Assembly (NCBI RefSeq): GCF_001194135.2 | Contig: NC_068993.1 | Coordinates: 44,769,531 to 44,833,530 of the forward strand | Source of the DNA: Octopus bimaculoides | Taxonomy: Eukaryota | Direction: 5' to 3' | Length of the DNA stretch: 64,000 nucleotides | In this document: piece by piece, positions 1 to 14,400 of the stretch | Position numbering within the stretch: position 1 is the stretch's first letter | Layout: each line of letters begins with the position of its first letter | The notes under the pieces: model-generated | Databases searched by the model: none | Told to the model about the DNA's origin: nothing | The model's input: the letters and a program-made list of their open reading frames with translations, nothing else | Made by a program: the position numbers and the translations under genes

Positions 1-3000
1 TCAGTGTTAGTAGTTTCAACAGTAGGATTTTCAATTTGATCAGAACTAATGGTCTTGGAGTTTTTGATGTACAAGAGGAGAAAGTCCTGAATACACAGAA
101 TTTTAGCTATTCATTTGATTGAGTGAAGTTTCAGCTTTAAAACAAATGAATATAAATATATATACATATAACATGGCTACAGTCACTTAATTGCTATATT
201 TTTTTAGTCCCCCCCCCCCGCCGCCACCTCCTCTCAGATGCTACCTTGTATCAAATCAATAGTCAAGAACCACTTAAATAACTGTTACTAATAAAGTTTG
301 AAGATAATATCAACAAAAAGACAAAGCATCCCAATTCATTGAATAAATAAAATGTATAAGAAATAACTAGAAAGTCAAGACATTAGCAAGTTTTAGCTTT
401 GTTATATATATGACAGCAATATTGAAATTAAACAATCTCTACAAACTAGTCATAGATCAAGCATTTTTTTTTTTCTTTTCTAAGTTATTGCATTTTATCC
501 AGCATTCCAGGACATGCAAATTCTATGAAAACCAATGAAAGCAACATGCATTACAGCCAGTGCACAATAGACTGTGCGGAAATAGAGAAAATAATATTAA
601 ATACTATAATTATAATATATTATTGTTTAAATCTTTTAGAAAACAAACAAAATGTCCTTTTTTCTTTCTTTAAAAAAAAAGACATCTTAAATTTGTATAA
701 TAATTGTTTGGCAATCTTAAGCACACTCAAAATAGAAAAGAGAACAGCTAGCAGGCCACACTATTATTTGCAAACACAACCTCTCATTTATAAGATATGA
801 TGTTTAAAATAATGTTACCCAACCAACTGGATAGAAAATTGTTAAGTAGTAATGTGTTATATTACTGTTTCTAAACTTGTTTATTGCCAGAAACATGAGA
901 TACATTCCAAATGAATACAGAGTCGAAGTTTCAAACCAGAAGAAAAGAGATTGGTCACACAGGTAAGGGGGTTGATGAGTAGAGTACCAAAAAGAAAGAT
1001 AGCTGAAGGTGTACTCAGAAGTAAGTAAATCAAAAATGAAAAAAAACAAACAAAAACAAAAACCCCCAAAAAAACACCTGATTTATTGGTTGAGTCTAGA
1101 ATGAAATGTTTTTTGAAGTTTAGAAGAAAGATAGGGTCTGTTGAAAACAGGTATGTCACACATGCTGTAACAAAGAAGCACCATGACCATAGAGAGAAGA
1201 GCAAGATTATAAGAACAATTAATTCTAACCTTAGAAAACCATTGAGTGTATTATACATATTATATATATATATATATATATATAAATATATATATATATA
1301 AGAGATGGAAATCATCTTCCTCCTACCAGACTGAAATTTCAAGAGGTTATAATTGGGATTTTGTTTTCATAAACCGAAATTAAGTTGAGGAAAAAAGGAA
1401 AGAAATCTGAAATAATTTTTTGTTTCTAACATTTAGAATATCTTGGTTGTGGAGTTAAAAAAGCTCGTTTTGCAACCATGTGGTTATAGGTTTAGTCCTG
1501 TCGTGCAGCACATTGGGCAAGTATCTTCTATTGAGCTGACCAATGCGTTGTGAGTATATTTGGTAGGCGGAAACTGAGAGGAAGCCTGTCATGTATATGT
1601 ATGTGTGTGTGTGTGTGTGTGCGTGTTTTTGCCCCCCCCCCCCAACAACTACCTGATAACTGATGTTGGTTTGTTTACGTCCTCATGATTTAGTGGTTTG
1701 ACAAAAGAGAGTGATAGAATAAGTACCAGACTTAAAAAGAAGTACTGGAGTCAATTTGTTTGACTAAACCCTTCAAGACAGTGCCACAGTTCAATGACTG
1801 AAATGAGTAAAAGATGTGTTTATACCTTTTTCTTTTTAACTGAATTTAATTCAACTTCTTACAGTATTTTTTAAAATGTTTTTATTCATTTCATCACTCT
1901 TTCCATTTCAGTTTACAAAAACTAAAATTTCAAATTTTAATCAACTTCAAAATTTCTAACTGGGAAAGGAATTAAAATGAAGACTGAAGCAAAATTTCCA
2001 TACTCAATATTTATATATATATATACACACACATATGTTTTATTTAATCAGGTGCACACAGAAAGGAAGGAGTAGGGAGGGAGAAAGAAAAAAAACCCTT
2101 AATTAGATTAAGTTTACTTAATAAGATAATCAACCCAAACTAGAATAAGAAACTCACTTGCACTAGAAGTCAAAAGGCCACAAGAGAACATGCACTGCAT
2201 TAAAGAACAATGATGGTTCTCTCATGACCAAAATTTCACAGGAATTTAATATTTTCAACCTGCAAAACAGATTTAAGAAAAAAAATACAAACAAGCTCTG
2301 AATAGCTAAAATATCTATTAAACAATATTTCAAAGGGTTAATATGTTGTGATGGGCAGAGAGGGGAGGCGAAGCGGGTGGTGGGATTAGCTTTATTAGTT
2401 AGTCGGTCTTCGAGGATTTTAAAAATATTATTTGTAATTTATTTAACGATCTATATGAGTAAACATTATGAATTGGATCATTTGAAGTTAGGAGTTGGTA
2501 TTTCAGACAAAAACTAAATTAACAGAAAAAAAACAACAAATAAATAAACAAACAAAAATGGTACAAATGTCTTGAAAATGTTAAAAATTAATAAATGAAG
2601 ATGACAAGGGAGACAACTGACAATTTAAAAAAAACAAAACAAAAAAAATTATCAGTTATTGGATGAAAGTTACATATCCGAAAAATATTGAATGAAATGG
2701 ATTAAAATTTTAACATAAATATGGTATTAATTTAAAAGCTAAAAGAAAATCCAAAATTTGCAAAATAAAAATTTAAAAAAATCATTTGCAGAAAAATATT
2801 ATTTAAGCCCATTGAAAGGTAGTTTTCAATAAAGCTACTCAAAATTCTAGTTACTAATGTTAGTAATAATGAAGTTATATCATGAGTGAATTTAGTAAGC
2901 ACAAATGTCGCAAATATTTCAGCTTAGATAATTCTAATGGGTATAACTTTCTAATTTGAAATTGAAAACAAAAAAAAGGGAAGAATGGGGTACAAAGCTC

Positions 3001-6000
3001 CTAATATTTTTAGTAATGCAAGAAATTTCAGTTTTAAGTTTTTTTCCTTCTTTTCATAGAAAAAAGAAATATGATAAATTTAATTTATTTTTATGACTTA
3101 CAAACATATGATAGCATTTATGAACATTTCAAACCAACAGGAAAAAAAAAAAAAGGCAATTTCGGGAAAAAAATATGCCACAAGCTTAGATTTTATAAGT
3201 TGATATCCGTAACACTTCTTTCAGGGATATCTAAGTAAGTCATAAGTCAATTCTACCTTAGCTGAAGGGTGGGTTGTAAGCACAAAGCTCTTCTAAGAAC
3301 AATACTAATGTTGGTTTGCATTTTATCCCAGAGAAATTTATTCAATGGACCAGATTTACACACTGGACTTTTTCACCGCTGACAGTATTCTAAACTGACT
3401 CTTTTTTCATTTGCTTGACAAAAATAAAAAAGTGAGAGCAGCCTGATCCTTTAAGAACCAAATTAAATTAATGATAGGTGAAAGCATGGTTGAGTGATAA
3501 GAAGTCTGCTTCCCAACCACATGGTTTCAGGTTCAAGCTCATAGCATAGCAACTTGGGCAGTGGCTTTTACAATAGTTTTAGGCCAACGAATACCCTTGT
3601 GAGTGTATTTCAGTTAACAAAAACTGTGTGGAAGCCCGTTTACAAATATATATTACATACATAAGTATGTGTGTTACTGTCTCTCTGCTTTCACATCATA
3701 TAATTGTAAATGAGTGTCAGTTATGGTGAAATATTATCTTACTTGCAAACAGGTGAGGATTGGAGACAGTAAGGGTATGTGGCTATAGAAAATCTGCCTC
3801 AATAAAGACTCTCCAACCCATACCAGCATGGAAAAGTAGCTGTTGTAATGATGATGATGATAATGATGTATACATACCTACCACCGTTACTAACCTTAAT
3901 GAATAAAACTGCGATGGCTCTTGGAGAAGATTTCAGTAATTTTGTTCAGCATGTCGAAGCAGCTATATATTACAATATGTGAGACAGATCCCACACTTAA
4001 CAACAGATGGTGTAAATTACACCTAAATTCCAAACTGAATCTTTCATAAGTAGCTTTTAGATAATCTGGCTTACTGGGATGGTTAGATAGTATAATCTTT
4101 ATCTTTTACTTGTTTCAGTCATACTGGGGCACTGTCTTGAAGGGTTTTCTTTGAACACACTGATGCCAGTACTTATCTTGACATATTCTATTGGTCCCTT
4201 TTGTTAAACCACTCTACTACAAGAATGTAAACAAACTAACATTAATTGCCAAATAGTGATGGAGGACACAAGCACATACAGGTGATGGGCAATCACAGTT
4301 ACCATCTACCAAATTCACCCACCAAGCATAGGTCAGTCTAGGGTTATTATAGAAGACACTTGTCCAAGGTGCGGCACTAAGGGACTGAACTCAAAACCAG
4401 CTATGCCTATAGTGAATAAAATTTCTTAAAAAAATATTCACTAGTTTCCATTCACCAAATGTAATCAAGCTATCACAAAATAAGTCACATACACTACTAC
4501 ATTATTCTTATCTTTAGAATTCACAGTTAACTCCCCTCAAGATTTCGGTTCAATTGATACAACTCCTTATATTAATATTTAACACCTCTCAATTATTGCA
4601 TCATATATTTGTTTCAAATTTTGGCACAAGGCCAGCAATTTTGTGGCAGGGATAAGTCAATTACATTGACCTCCAGTATTCAACTCGTATTTGTTTTATC
4701 GACCTCAGAAGGATAAAAGGCAAAGTAGACCTTGGTGGAATTTGAACTCAGAATGTAAAGATGGATAAAATGCTAAATATTTTGCCCATTGTGCTAATGA
4801 TTCTGCCAGTTTGCAGCCTTTTTATTGTATCATATATTAAAGAGAAATAACTGGTGTTGCCGTCACTATTAACACATAAATATATCAAAATTTATTTAAA
4901 TATTTTTTTACATCAGTTTGTAGCTATATTCTCTTGAATGTTACACAATCTCATTTCTACTCATACATACCTGTTACATAGGTTTCTGTGCCAGGTAAAA
5001 ATAAATTGGCCTTACTTGGCATTTAAAAAAATATGATAAATAAAGGCGTTTTATCAGAACATCTTCAGCACTTCCTGATGGAATTATGAAAAGCAACTGA
5101 TATATTAATTTTGATGGACAAGTACATTCTCTCATTGTCTCCGTTAGTGTATAGGATTAGAAATATTTTAATGTTTAGCTGTTAAGAAACTCACTTTGAA
5201 ACCATATGGTTTTGGGTTCAGTCCTACTGTGCAGCACCTTGGGCAAGTGTCTTCTACAATAGAGACTGAATTGAACAATGCCTTGTTAGTGAATTTGGTA
5301 GATGGAAAGAGTGGTGGGAACCTGTGAACCATGGAATAAATGTAACACCATATATGCCACTTTTTACTTATTATATCTGAGAATACGTGTTATAGTGTTT
5401 GTCTCTCTCATCATTTGACAAGCAGAGTTGGTTTGTTTATGTCCCCACCACTTAGCAGTTCAACAAAAGTGACTGAGAGAATAAGTACCAGACTTAGAGA
5501 AACATGTACTGCGGTCAATTTATTCAACAAAGCCCTTCAAATGGTGCCCCAGCATGACCACAATCCAACGACAAACAAGATAACTCAATTATATAATTGA
5601 ATGGACTGCAGAGGGTGATTTGGTTGAATCAGGCGTTTGAAGTGAAACTTAAACATATTAATAACTAGGATGAACAGAAGTCACTTAATGTGATGCTTTT
5701 TTCTACAAATTATATTAAGACAAACTTTGAAGTTAATAAAGATATGTAGGAGAAATCACTAAATAACATTGCACTATAAGTAATATTAAATATTATTTGT
5801 AAACAAGACTTTCACATTGAAAATGAGGGCAAGAAAAAAAAAAAAAGTTCATTATCATTCTTTTAGCCTCAGGTTCTAAGGCTTTCAGTGTGTGGCCATC
5901 ACTTCTTTTTAGGAGTATCCAGAATTACATTGTCTATTTAAGATAAAGTATGTAAAAGAGATTTGGCTGCTATTTCTAGTGACCATGTAGAAAGGTTCTT

Positions 6001-7289
6001 TGTTATCTAGTATATATTTGAAATGGTTTGCATGCTGCAAGTGTATCTGTTATGTGTTAATTTCATCACATACACAGAATGTGTATGTATGTATGTATAT
6101 ATAGCAGACAACTCAACCAGGAGTCAACTTTGATATAATCAATATATATTATTACAGTGCTGAACGGTGACCTCACTGGGCTGGTTCCACATAAAAAGCA
6201 CCCGGTACACTCAGTAAAGTGGTTGATGTTAGGAAGGATACCCAGTCAAAGAAACCATACCAAAGCAGACAGAGGATCTTGGTGCGCTCCTCCGGCTCAC
6301 CAGCTCCTGCTGAACTGTTCATCCCATGCCAGCACGGAAAATGGACATTAAATGGTAAGGATTTAGTTAGATCTCTTTCTCGTCAACTCCAGTAGGAGCT
6401 GGCTTTGATTTTCATTGCCCTTATGTTTGATGAGAATAGAGGAACAGTTATACAATGAGATCAATTCAACTGACTCCTGAAAATTTATAGCCATGTGCTA
6501 ATCTAAAAAATATTCGTTATTGTTAATATTATTAGCCACTGTCATATCACCAAAAATTGAATTTGTGCCACATTTCCTCCAGATTTTCTCTTTAAATGAC
6601 AATTACACCCCCTACAGTGAATACAGGTATTATTTTTAAATGTCAGGATATGAAAGTGAGAGGTGTCAACTGTCACAATCAATATATGTAGGAACATATT
6701 AACCACTGGTAGGGACACCGTATTTAGTTATCTAACCATAATATTCTATCAAGTACATAGAAGGCTTTATAAGTCAATACCATGTTAGCAGTGTGATTCA
6801 ATCACTTTTTAAAGTTATCTCAACAGATTTTCTATAGAAACTAGAGTCAGCACTGAGATTTACGAATGTTTTGTATACTCCCAGTGCTGGCTCTAAATTC
6901 TATAGAAAATGTGAAGAGATAACTTTAAAAAGTGATAGGAATCTATGTACAAGTAAACCCTCAAGTATATGATGAAACAGTATCTACTAGTTTAAAGCGT
7001 CATATCATTAGATTTTCTCCTCACAAATACTGGGGGATTTAACAGCAAACTTGTTTTTCATAACATTTAATTACCTATATTTATATAATTAATAATATAA
7101 GAAATGATTTGGAAATCATCAGCAGTAGCTAAATGTCATGTTGGTAACTTTACTGAAAGTATCCTGGGCTAATAACCAAAAATCTTAAACTGTTCTGCAA
7201 AAATGCATTTCAAAAGTACTTTATAAATCTATTTCAAAACCTAAATATTAATGCAACAGCACCATTGTCATATCTGATTAGTTAAACTA

Positions 7290-7334
<45 letters not shown>

Positions 7335-7375
7335 CTTCAAATTGGTTCAACATTTGTGTAAAGAAAAGGAAATTT

Positions 7376-7381
7376 TTATTA
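7376..7381 (-). terminator. Candidate polyadenylation signal (AATAAA) for Nup58
   Basis: Minus-strand AATAAA followed by U-rich TTTCCTTTTCTTT, about 0.75-1 kb downstream of the candidate stops. Other AATAAA matches exist nearby. Confidence 0.3.
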
Positions 7382-8122
7382 AATGAAATGTACCTTCATT
7401 CAATACACGCACTTTCACACACAAATTGCATACTATCATATAAAAAATTCTTTAAAATTACAGCAATGTAGACACAGAGAAATACAGTTGTAAATGTGCA
7501 ATATAGAATGGGTGCACACATGTACATACAAACACAGACAACATATACAACAATGACAGGAGCTAATGCAAAACTATAGGGACAAACAACCAGAAATACA
7601 ATTCTAAGCGTCATCACAACGAAGGAAAGACAATTACTTCTTTTAGATATTAATGGATGCAGAGAAAATAGGACATGTTTGATTCTTTAAATATTTTTTA
7701 TTAAAGGAAAAAAAAAATTATTCATCAATACGGTTTTGTAAATATAAACCAGTAACCGTCTAATGCCTAGAATATTTTGCCTTTCTCTTGTTGACAGGTT
7801 ATAGGAAGAAGTCTATAGCATGATTATATTTTTATTTGCTTCCCCTATCTCTTAGTATCAGCAAATGAAGTTAAGCGTACAGGTTTTTTTTTTTTTTGTT
7901 GAAGCAGATATATTTGGTTCTTGTTTGTAAAGAAATGTTTACATTACACAGCACTAATGATTCAATGAGGTTTGAAGGAAGAAAAAAAAAAAACAAAAAA
8001 AAAAAACAGCCTAAGGCCAAATTGAAAACAGCAGACTCGAAAGCTTGGTTGTTTTTTTCTTTTTGTTTCTTTTATAAGCAGTATATAAAATTATTCTTTA
8101 TTTTACATGTCTGAATTTGCTG

Positions 8123-8184
8123 TCATTGAAGAATACTGGTATGTTGTTGGATATCAAATTTTATTGCTCCAACGAAGGGTCCAT
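8123..8184 (-). CDS. Candidate Nup58 terminal exon: DGPFVGAIKFDIQQHTSILQ*
   Basis: In-phase AG after a roughly 120-nt pyrimidine tract, followed by U-rich UTR-like sequence. No motif support. Confidence 0.3.
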
Positions 8185-8380
8185 CTATCAAACAGCTTAT
8201 TGATTGATTGTCCGACGGGTGTGGTTTAAAAAATAAAGAAAATCGAGTGGAAGGCAGAGAGAAAAAGAAGAGGAGGGAGAGATAGAGAGGTGGGGGGGTT
8301 GGTGTGTGAGTGAGTGAAAGGAAGAGGGAAGGAGAAAGAAATGGAAAGATAGAGAAAGATCCAGGAAACCTTACCACCCA

Positions 8381-11308
8381 CTAACCTAGAGGTTTCACAG
8401 CAGCAGTATTGGAACCAAAGGAAAAGCCACTAGTGGAGCCTTGGCCAAAACATGAAAATCCTGAAATGAATAATAATAATGGAAGGAATTATCAATTTAG
8501 TTTCAACAAAGCTGTGAGAAAGGAACCAAAAGCTGGTCTATGATGAACCACTAAGGACAAAAAGAGTAACCTTTAACAATAGCATGTATTTTGCGGCAGA
8601 CATTGATTTGTCAACATTAAACTATCTTTAACCTCAAGTTAGTCCAAATATTCACACCTAGTGTATTATATATGCATAATCCAAAATGATTTGTCATGAA
8701 AACCCCAAAAAGAAAAATTTGCTCAAGGTATGGTAGTACAGAATGATACATATAGGAAATTTGTAATTATCATGTTGTTATTCTGGTTATCATTTTGGCC
8801 TTAACCACAAGGTGAGCAAGTTCTGTCGACATGTTGGGCTTGTGATTATAATGATCCTTTGATTTCAGGGCTGGGCAGCAAGTTGTGTCCTTGAACAAGG
8901 TATTTCACTTTGAATTGTTTCTGTCTGCTCAATTGAAAAATGAGTACCAGCTGAGAGCTGGTGCAGCCATTTCTCCCTCTTGCTGTCACATTCTCAACAT
9001 TCCACCAGCACAAGGGCTGGAGGGGCTGAGAATGTCTATGACTGCTTGGCACTACATAGGGTTACCAAAAACAAGTAGTGAAAGCATGATGTTTGCTCCC
9101 ATGTCATACTTACTTGCTTGTGATGGCTATGGTTTTTAATCTATTCAATTTTTATTTTGGTCCAATGGATCTTTGAAAATAAGAAAAGGATTAGCTTGCT
9201 GTGAAAACTCTCAGTCAGAATAAAGACACTACCTTGGTCTGATGCCAAATAGATTGTCAGATGGGGGTTGGGAGTGTTGGTTTGGTTAGCTGGAGTAAAA
9301 GTGAAGACAAGTGGGCAAGTTTAAGGTGAATGACATCTGAATTATCACACCATCAACAATGGGATCAACACAATACTGAAAAGAATAGGGAAGCACATGA
9401 TAAACAGTGATCCAATCTGCGCCTGATTACTGAATATCTTTTACTTGTTTCAGTCATTGGACTGTGGCTTGATGAATTTAGTTGAAGATAAAAAAAACAA
9501 AAAAAAAACTACTTATTTAAGTCCTATTTTATCTGTCTCTTTCACCAAACTGCTAGATTATGGGATATGAACAAACCAACACCAGTTACCATGTGGTGGG
9601 CGTGGACAAACAAAAACACACACACATGAGGCTTCAGCACAATTTCTGTATACCAAATTCACTAACAAGGCATTTGTTGGCCAGAGGCTATGGTAGAAGA
9701 CACTTTCCTAAAGCATGCACTGGGACTGTACCCAAAAACAGGTGGTCGCAAAGCGAGCTTCTTAACTACAGAGCTGTGTCTGTGGCTATTTGGATAAACA
9801 AAAGAAAGGAAAAACTATGCAGAGATAGTTATAGTTGTAGCTGCTTTAACAGCAGTTAGGAATAATTTGTTAGACCTAAAATTTTGAGTAGATAAACACA
9901 AGGCCAGACATTTGTAAGAGAAGGTGCAGAAGGAGTGACATAAAACACAGTTCATGAAGGGCTTTTACAGACACTGGAAAATGGCACTCCAATATCACAA
10001 TTCCTTTAGAGCTGGATAAGTTGAATTCATGCTGTACCAGTGAAAGTAACTAACTACTACGGTAACTACAATAGTGTTAGACTAGAATCCAAGCAAGACA
10101 CAAAACTCAAGTGTCAGTTGATAGCTGTTATCTTGTCATTGGTTCTGTGAGCAAAGAAAAGAATTCCTTTTCTAACAAGCTTGATGCTCCTACCCTACAT
10201 AACTGTAAATAAGTATTGGAGTCTGGTGCTGCTACCCAGCTTGCTAGTTCTAGTCAAACCATCCAATCCATGCCAGCATGGACAACGGACGTTAAACGAT
10301 GATGCTGCAGTTTAGTTTACTATTGAAAGGAGCAGGAGCAATGTATAAAACTGATGAGTGTTTCATTAACTTCTTCTAAGAGTATCTATGACAAGAAATT
10401 TGTGTTAAGCTGACATGTCCGACAGTTATGGAACTTAACTTAGAAAAGACCAGTTGTTCTAATTAAATCTTAAGTAATTAATTAGCTTTATGCAGCAGCT
10501 AGTTTGTAAAATGCTTTATTTTTCAAATCCTGTCTTTAAAAAATTTTTTTGTTCCAAATATGTGATCTCTAGACATGAAACTATATGATTTTGTTAGTAG
10601 AGTTATTTAACCATTTAGCATTTGTACCACCCATATCTGGCTCAAATATTCTGTTTTATGTTCAAACCAGCCAGACCCCTCTTCTCACACCTACCCTATA
10701 ATGTCATTCAAAAGATAAACAATCACAATTTTGAAATCTTGAAGCTACAAGATAATACATGATTAAATCCAAATAATGTAAATAAATAAACCATACAGAA
10801 ATCTGAATGCTAAAGAGTTACAGTGATTATTTACAAAATAATGACTAATGCAACAGTGAAAACTCAGGAGTTCCCTTTTCTTATACTAATCCGTTATGTC
10901 ATTATTAGTTTCCCTACTCGTCTCAATCCCAATATGTTACTGGTACTTGACAGGCTGAAAGAGCAATTTCAACAGCCACACACATGCTGGGATTTAAATT
11001 CAGAGTAGAAAAAAAAAGAAGATATAATAGAATATTGAACTGTCTTGGCTGCCTCCATTGTTGAGATAAAAGTTTGGGAAAGAGACTGAGTAAACAGAAC
11101 AGAGGTTGTTTGAGTTAGTATACTTGTAGCTGACATGTTAATCTTTTACGCACATCATTTATACAAAATAGTAATAGAGATGGGTGCAGGCTTGGCTGTG
11201 CGGTTTGAGAGGTTTGGGCACCACATCTTGGGTATAATCTTCTACTATAGCCTCAGGCTGACCAAAACCTTATGGGTAGATTTACAGGACAGAAACTGAA
11301 AGAAGCCT

Positions 11309-11407
<99 letters not shown>

Positions 11408-14400
11408 CAGGACTAATGACAATTAGTTTTCTTTAACTTAAAGTTAAAGTGTTCCTTGATGATCCATTCTAGTTAAGCATCCAAAAGCACTTGGAACCCT
11501 AATGCAGGGTTCCAAGCAACCACAATGGTGGAATGTACATAGAAACTAATAATATTGACTTGTGTGTTTATTTTAATTTCTCCTACATTTGCTCTGCATT
11601 TCATAACTAGTAATACAACTGAGTATAGTAGTTACTTAACCACTACACACTGGGAGCAGACTGGAATAAAATAAGCTACCTGGAGCTCTGAACATAACTA
11701 TAGCAGTCATGTGCACACACACACAGGAGTGTGAGTTTGTTTACATCTGTTGGACTCACGATTCTAAGATTGTGGTTTTGATTCCTGGACTGGGCGATGC
11801 ATTGTGTTCTTGAGCAAAACACTCCATTTCATACTGCTCCAGTCCACTAAGCTAGTAAAGATGAGTAATCCTGCAACAGACTGGTGTCCTGTCCAGGTGG
11901 GGAATATATACGCTACAAAAACGGCCCTTATAAGTTGGTATGACTCGAAAAGGTAACTTTACTCTATTTTTATTTTAAGGTAGTTAGCAAAAAATGTCTA
12001 GCAGGAGACAAACTTTAATCAGCATTAAGTTGTTAGGTCAACATCATAGTAAACTGGCTAGCTTCCAGATTAAATACAAGCATCTGTCTGACTGTAATGA
12101 AAGGCATTGGTTCATCACTAACCCATGAATATTACTAGCACTCATAAGGTTGGTCACCTGGCTTCTGTGATGTATAAATGGCTTAAATGATAACATTTCC
12201 CCTGAATGGGATGCCAGTCCATTGCAGGGTTACTCATTTACAGCCAAGAGGACTGGAGCAATGTGAAATGAAAGGTTTTGCTCAAGTACCCCCACCCCCT
12301 AGTTTGGGTAATCAAAATCACAATCTTGAGATTATGATTGCCATACCCCTTCAACCACTAGTTCACTTATCTTCACTAAAGGCACTGGCTAAAGACCTTT
12401 TTACTCTTTAGCACTTAAACCAGCTATATCCGACCAAAATATGCCTCCTGTTTTTAATGTTCAAACTGGCCTGATCTAACCCCACACCTACCCTACAATG
12501 CCATTCTAAAAATAGACACTAATATCATCAAAATTTCAAATCTATGAGACAATCCATGATTAATTCAAAACAATATGAATAAATAAGCTTTACATTTGGC
12601 AGAGTAATTTGAGTGCTACAGGGTTAAATTGCTGAAAATTTTGGTACATTAGTAAAATAGTTCTAGAATGTCTAAGGAATGCTATTTCTAGCAATTAAGC
12701 AAGTGTTTGGAGGCTCTATATGCTATCAGAAGCTTGCCTGCTACATAGTGAAAAGAAAAGCTGCTATACTAAGAAAAAATAAACCCGGTTTAATTTCAAA
12801 AAAATTAGCACATTATTACAATGTTATGCAGAAATCTACGAAAGAAAATGTAAATGCAAGTTAAACAGATAGCCATATTTACATCTATATATTTAAGTAA
12901 CAACCAGTGAATAATAATTCACTGGTTACAGGTTTACAATGGGCTATCAATGGCTCACTACATTTCTGAATGAGAAGGCAGTGTTTGTAATTCATTGCAG
13001 AAAACATCCCAAGGCACCAGCTTTTTCAGTATGTTTATTTCCTCCACTGTTATGAATCAGTCAAATACATAGACCCACAGACAAACTTTTGCAAAGATTC
13101 AGTCAACAAAATTCCATTTACGTAGTATTAGTAGACCAGTGGCTATAGAAGAGATTCCTAACCAAAGGTGTTGCGCAGTGAGAGTGAACCAGAAACCACA
13201 TGTTTGTGAAGCAAACTTCTTACCTACTTAGCCATACCTGTATTCATCTATTAATACAAGCCTTTAAGTCATAAGCGCAAGGCTCAATATAGCTTTATGG
13301 CAATGTCATTGATTATAAAATCATTATTTACTTGAGCCACAGTTGACCTGACCAACAAACAGACAATTTGTTTCCATTCGACTAATAAGCAGTTTTACAT
13401 TTGGAAGAAAATACAATAACAAAGCAACAAGGATAGTAGAATTCTGAATTTTTCATACCTGGTAAATTAAATATACACAAACCATAGTTTTGTTTACAAT
13501 TTAAAAGAGGTAAAACGTAAATACTCTATACATATGCAGAGCAAATATACAGAGACTAATTTGCAAATGTATACACAAACGTACATTAATTCCAAATCAT
13601 GACTCCATGTCAAAATCCAAATGATCAAGTTTCTTGGATATCTGTGATGCAAACGGCCTACTCAACCTTTATAACAGTTTCCAAAAACTGGTCATCTGCC
13701 TTATCACCCAACACTCAGACAAGTACACAGAGCAGCTACACTTCATACTCACCAGGAAATGAAACAGAAACAAAACAGATGGCTGGTTGTGAATACTAAG
13801 TCTTTATTTTGGTGAAAATTTATTCAGCAATATTGACCAGTGGTTAGTTACATGAGAAACAGAGAGAGAGAACCAGAGATACAAGACAACATGAAGAAGG
13901 AAGGCATGGAAACTGAAAGATACCTCTGCAATATGTGAGTGATATGCATAAGGAGGTGAGCTGGCTGAATCATTAGCGTACCAGACAAAATGCTTAGCAG
14001 TATTTTGTTTGATTTTATGTTCTAAGTTCAATTTCTGCTGAAGCCAACTTTGCCTCTCGTCCTTTTGGGGGTCAATAAAATAAGTACCAATTGAGCATTG
14101 GGGCTGATGATGTAATTGACTCACCACATTCCCCATAATTCTGGAATTTGGGGCTAAAATGTGAAACCAATATGTAATGATATGTATGTTGANNNNNNNN
14201 NNNNNNNNNNNNNNNNNNNNNNNNNNNNNNNNNNNNNNNNNNNNNNNNNNNNNNNNNNNNNNNNNNNNNNNNNNNNNNNNNNNNNNNNNNNNNGGGGGGG
14301 GGGAAGAGATAGAGCCCTATAACACAAGACAACTGGGAATTTCTACCAGACAGCCTGCTACAAGCCAAAGACAAAATCTGTAGACAGAGTAAGGTACCAA

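Noticed and set aside
891-962. Plus-strand exon-like 72 nt (NMRYIPNEYRVEVSNQKKRDWSH)
   Set aside because: Plausible splice sites but no partner exons or recognisable motif; such matches are expected by chance.
4971-4985. 15-nt minus-strand micro-exon candidate (ETYVT)
   Set aside because: Too short to support without transcript data.
6358-6420. Minus-strand GNENQSQLLLELTRKRSN* resembling the NUP58 C-terminal QLLQL...KR
   Set aside because: The nearest acceptor is phase 0, while exon 14 ends in phase 1; the similarity is weak.
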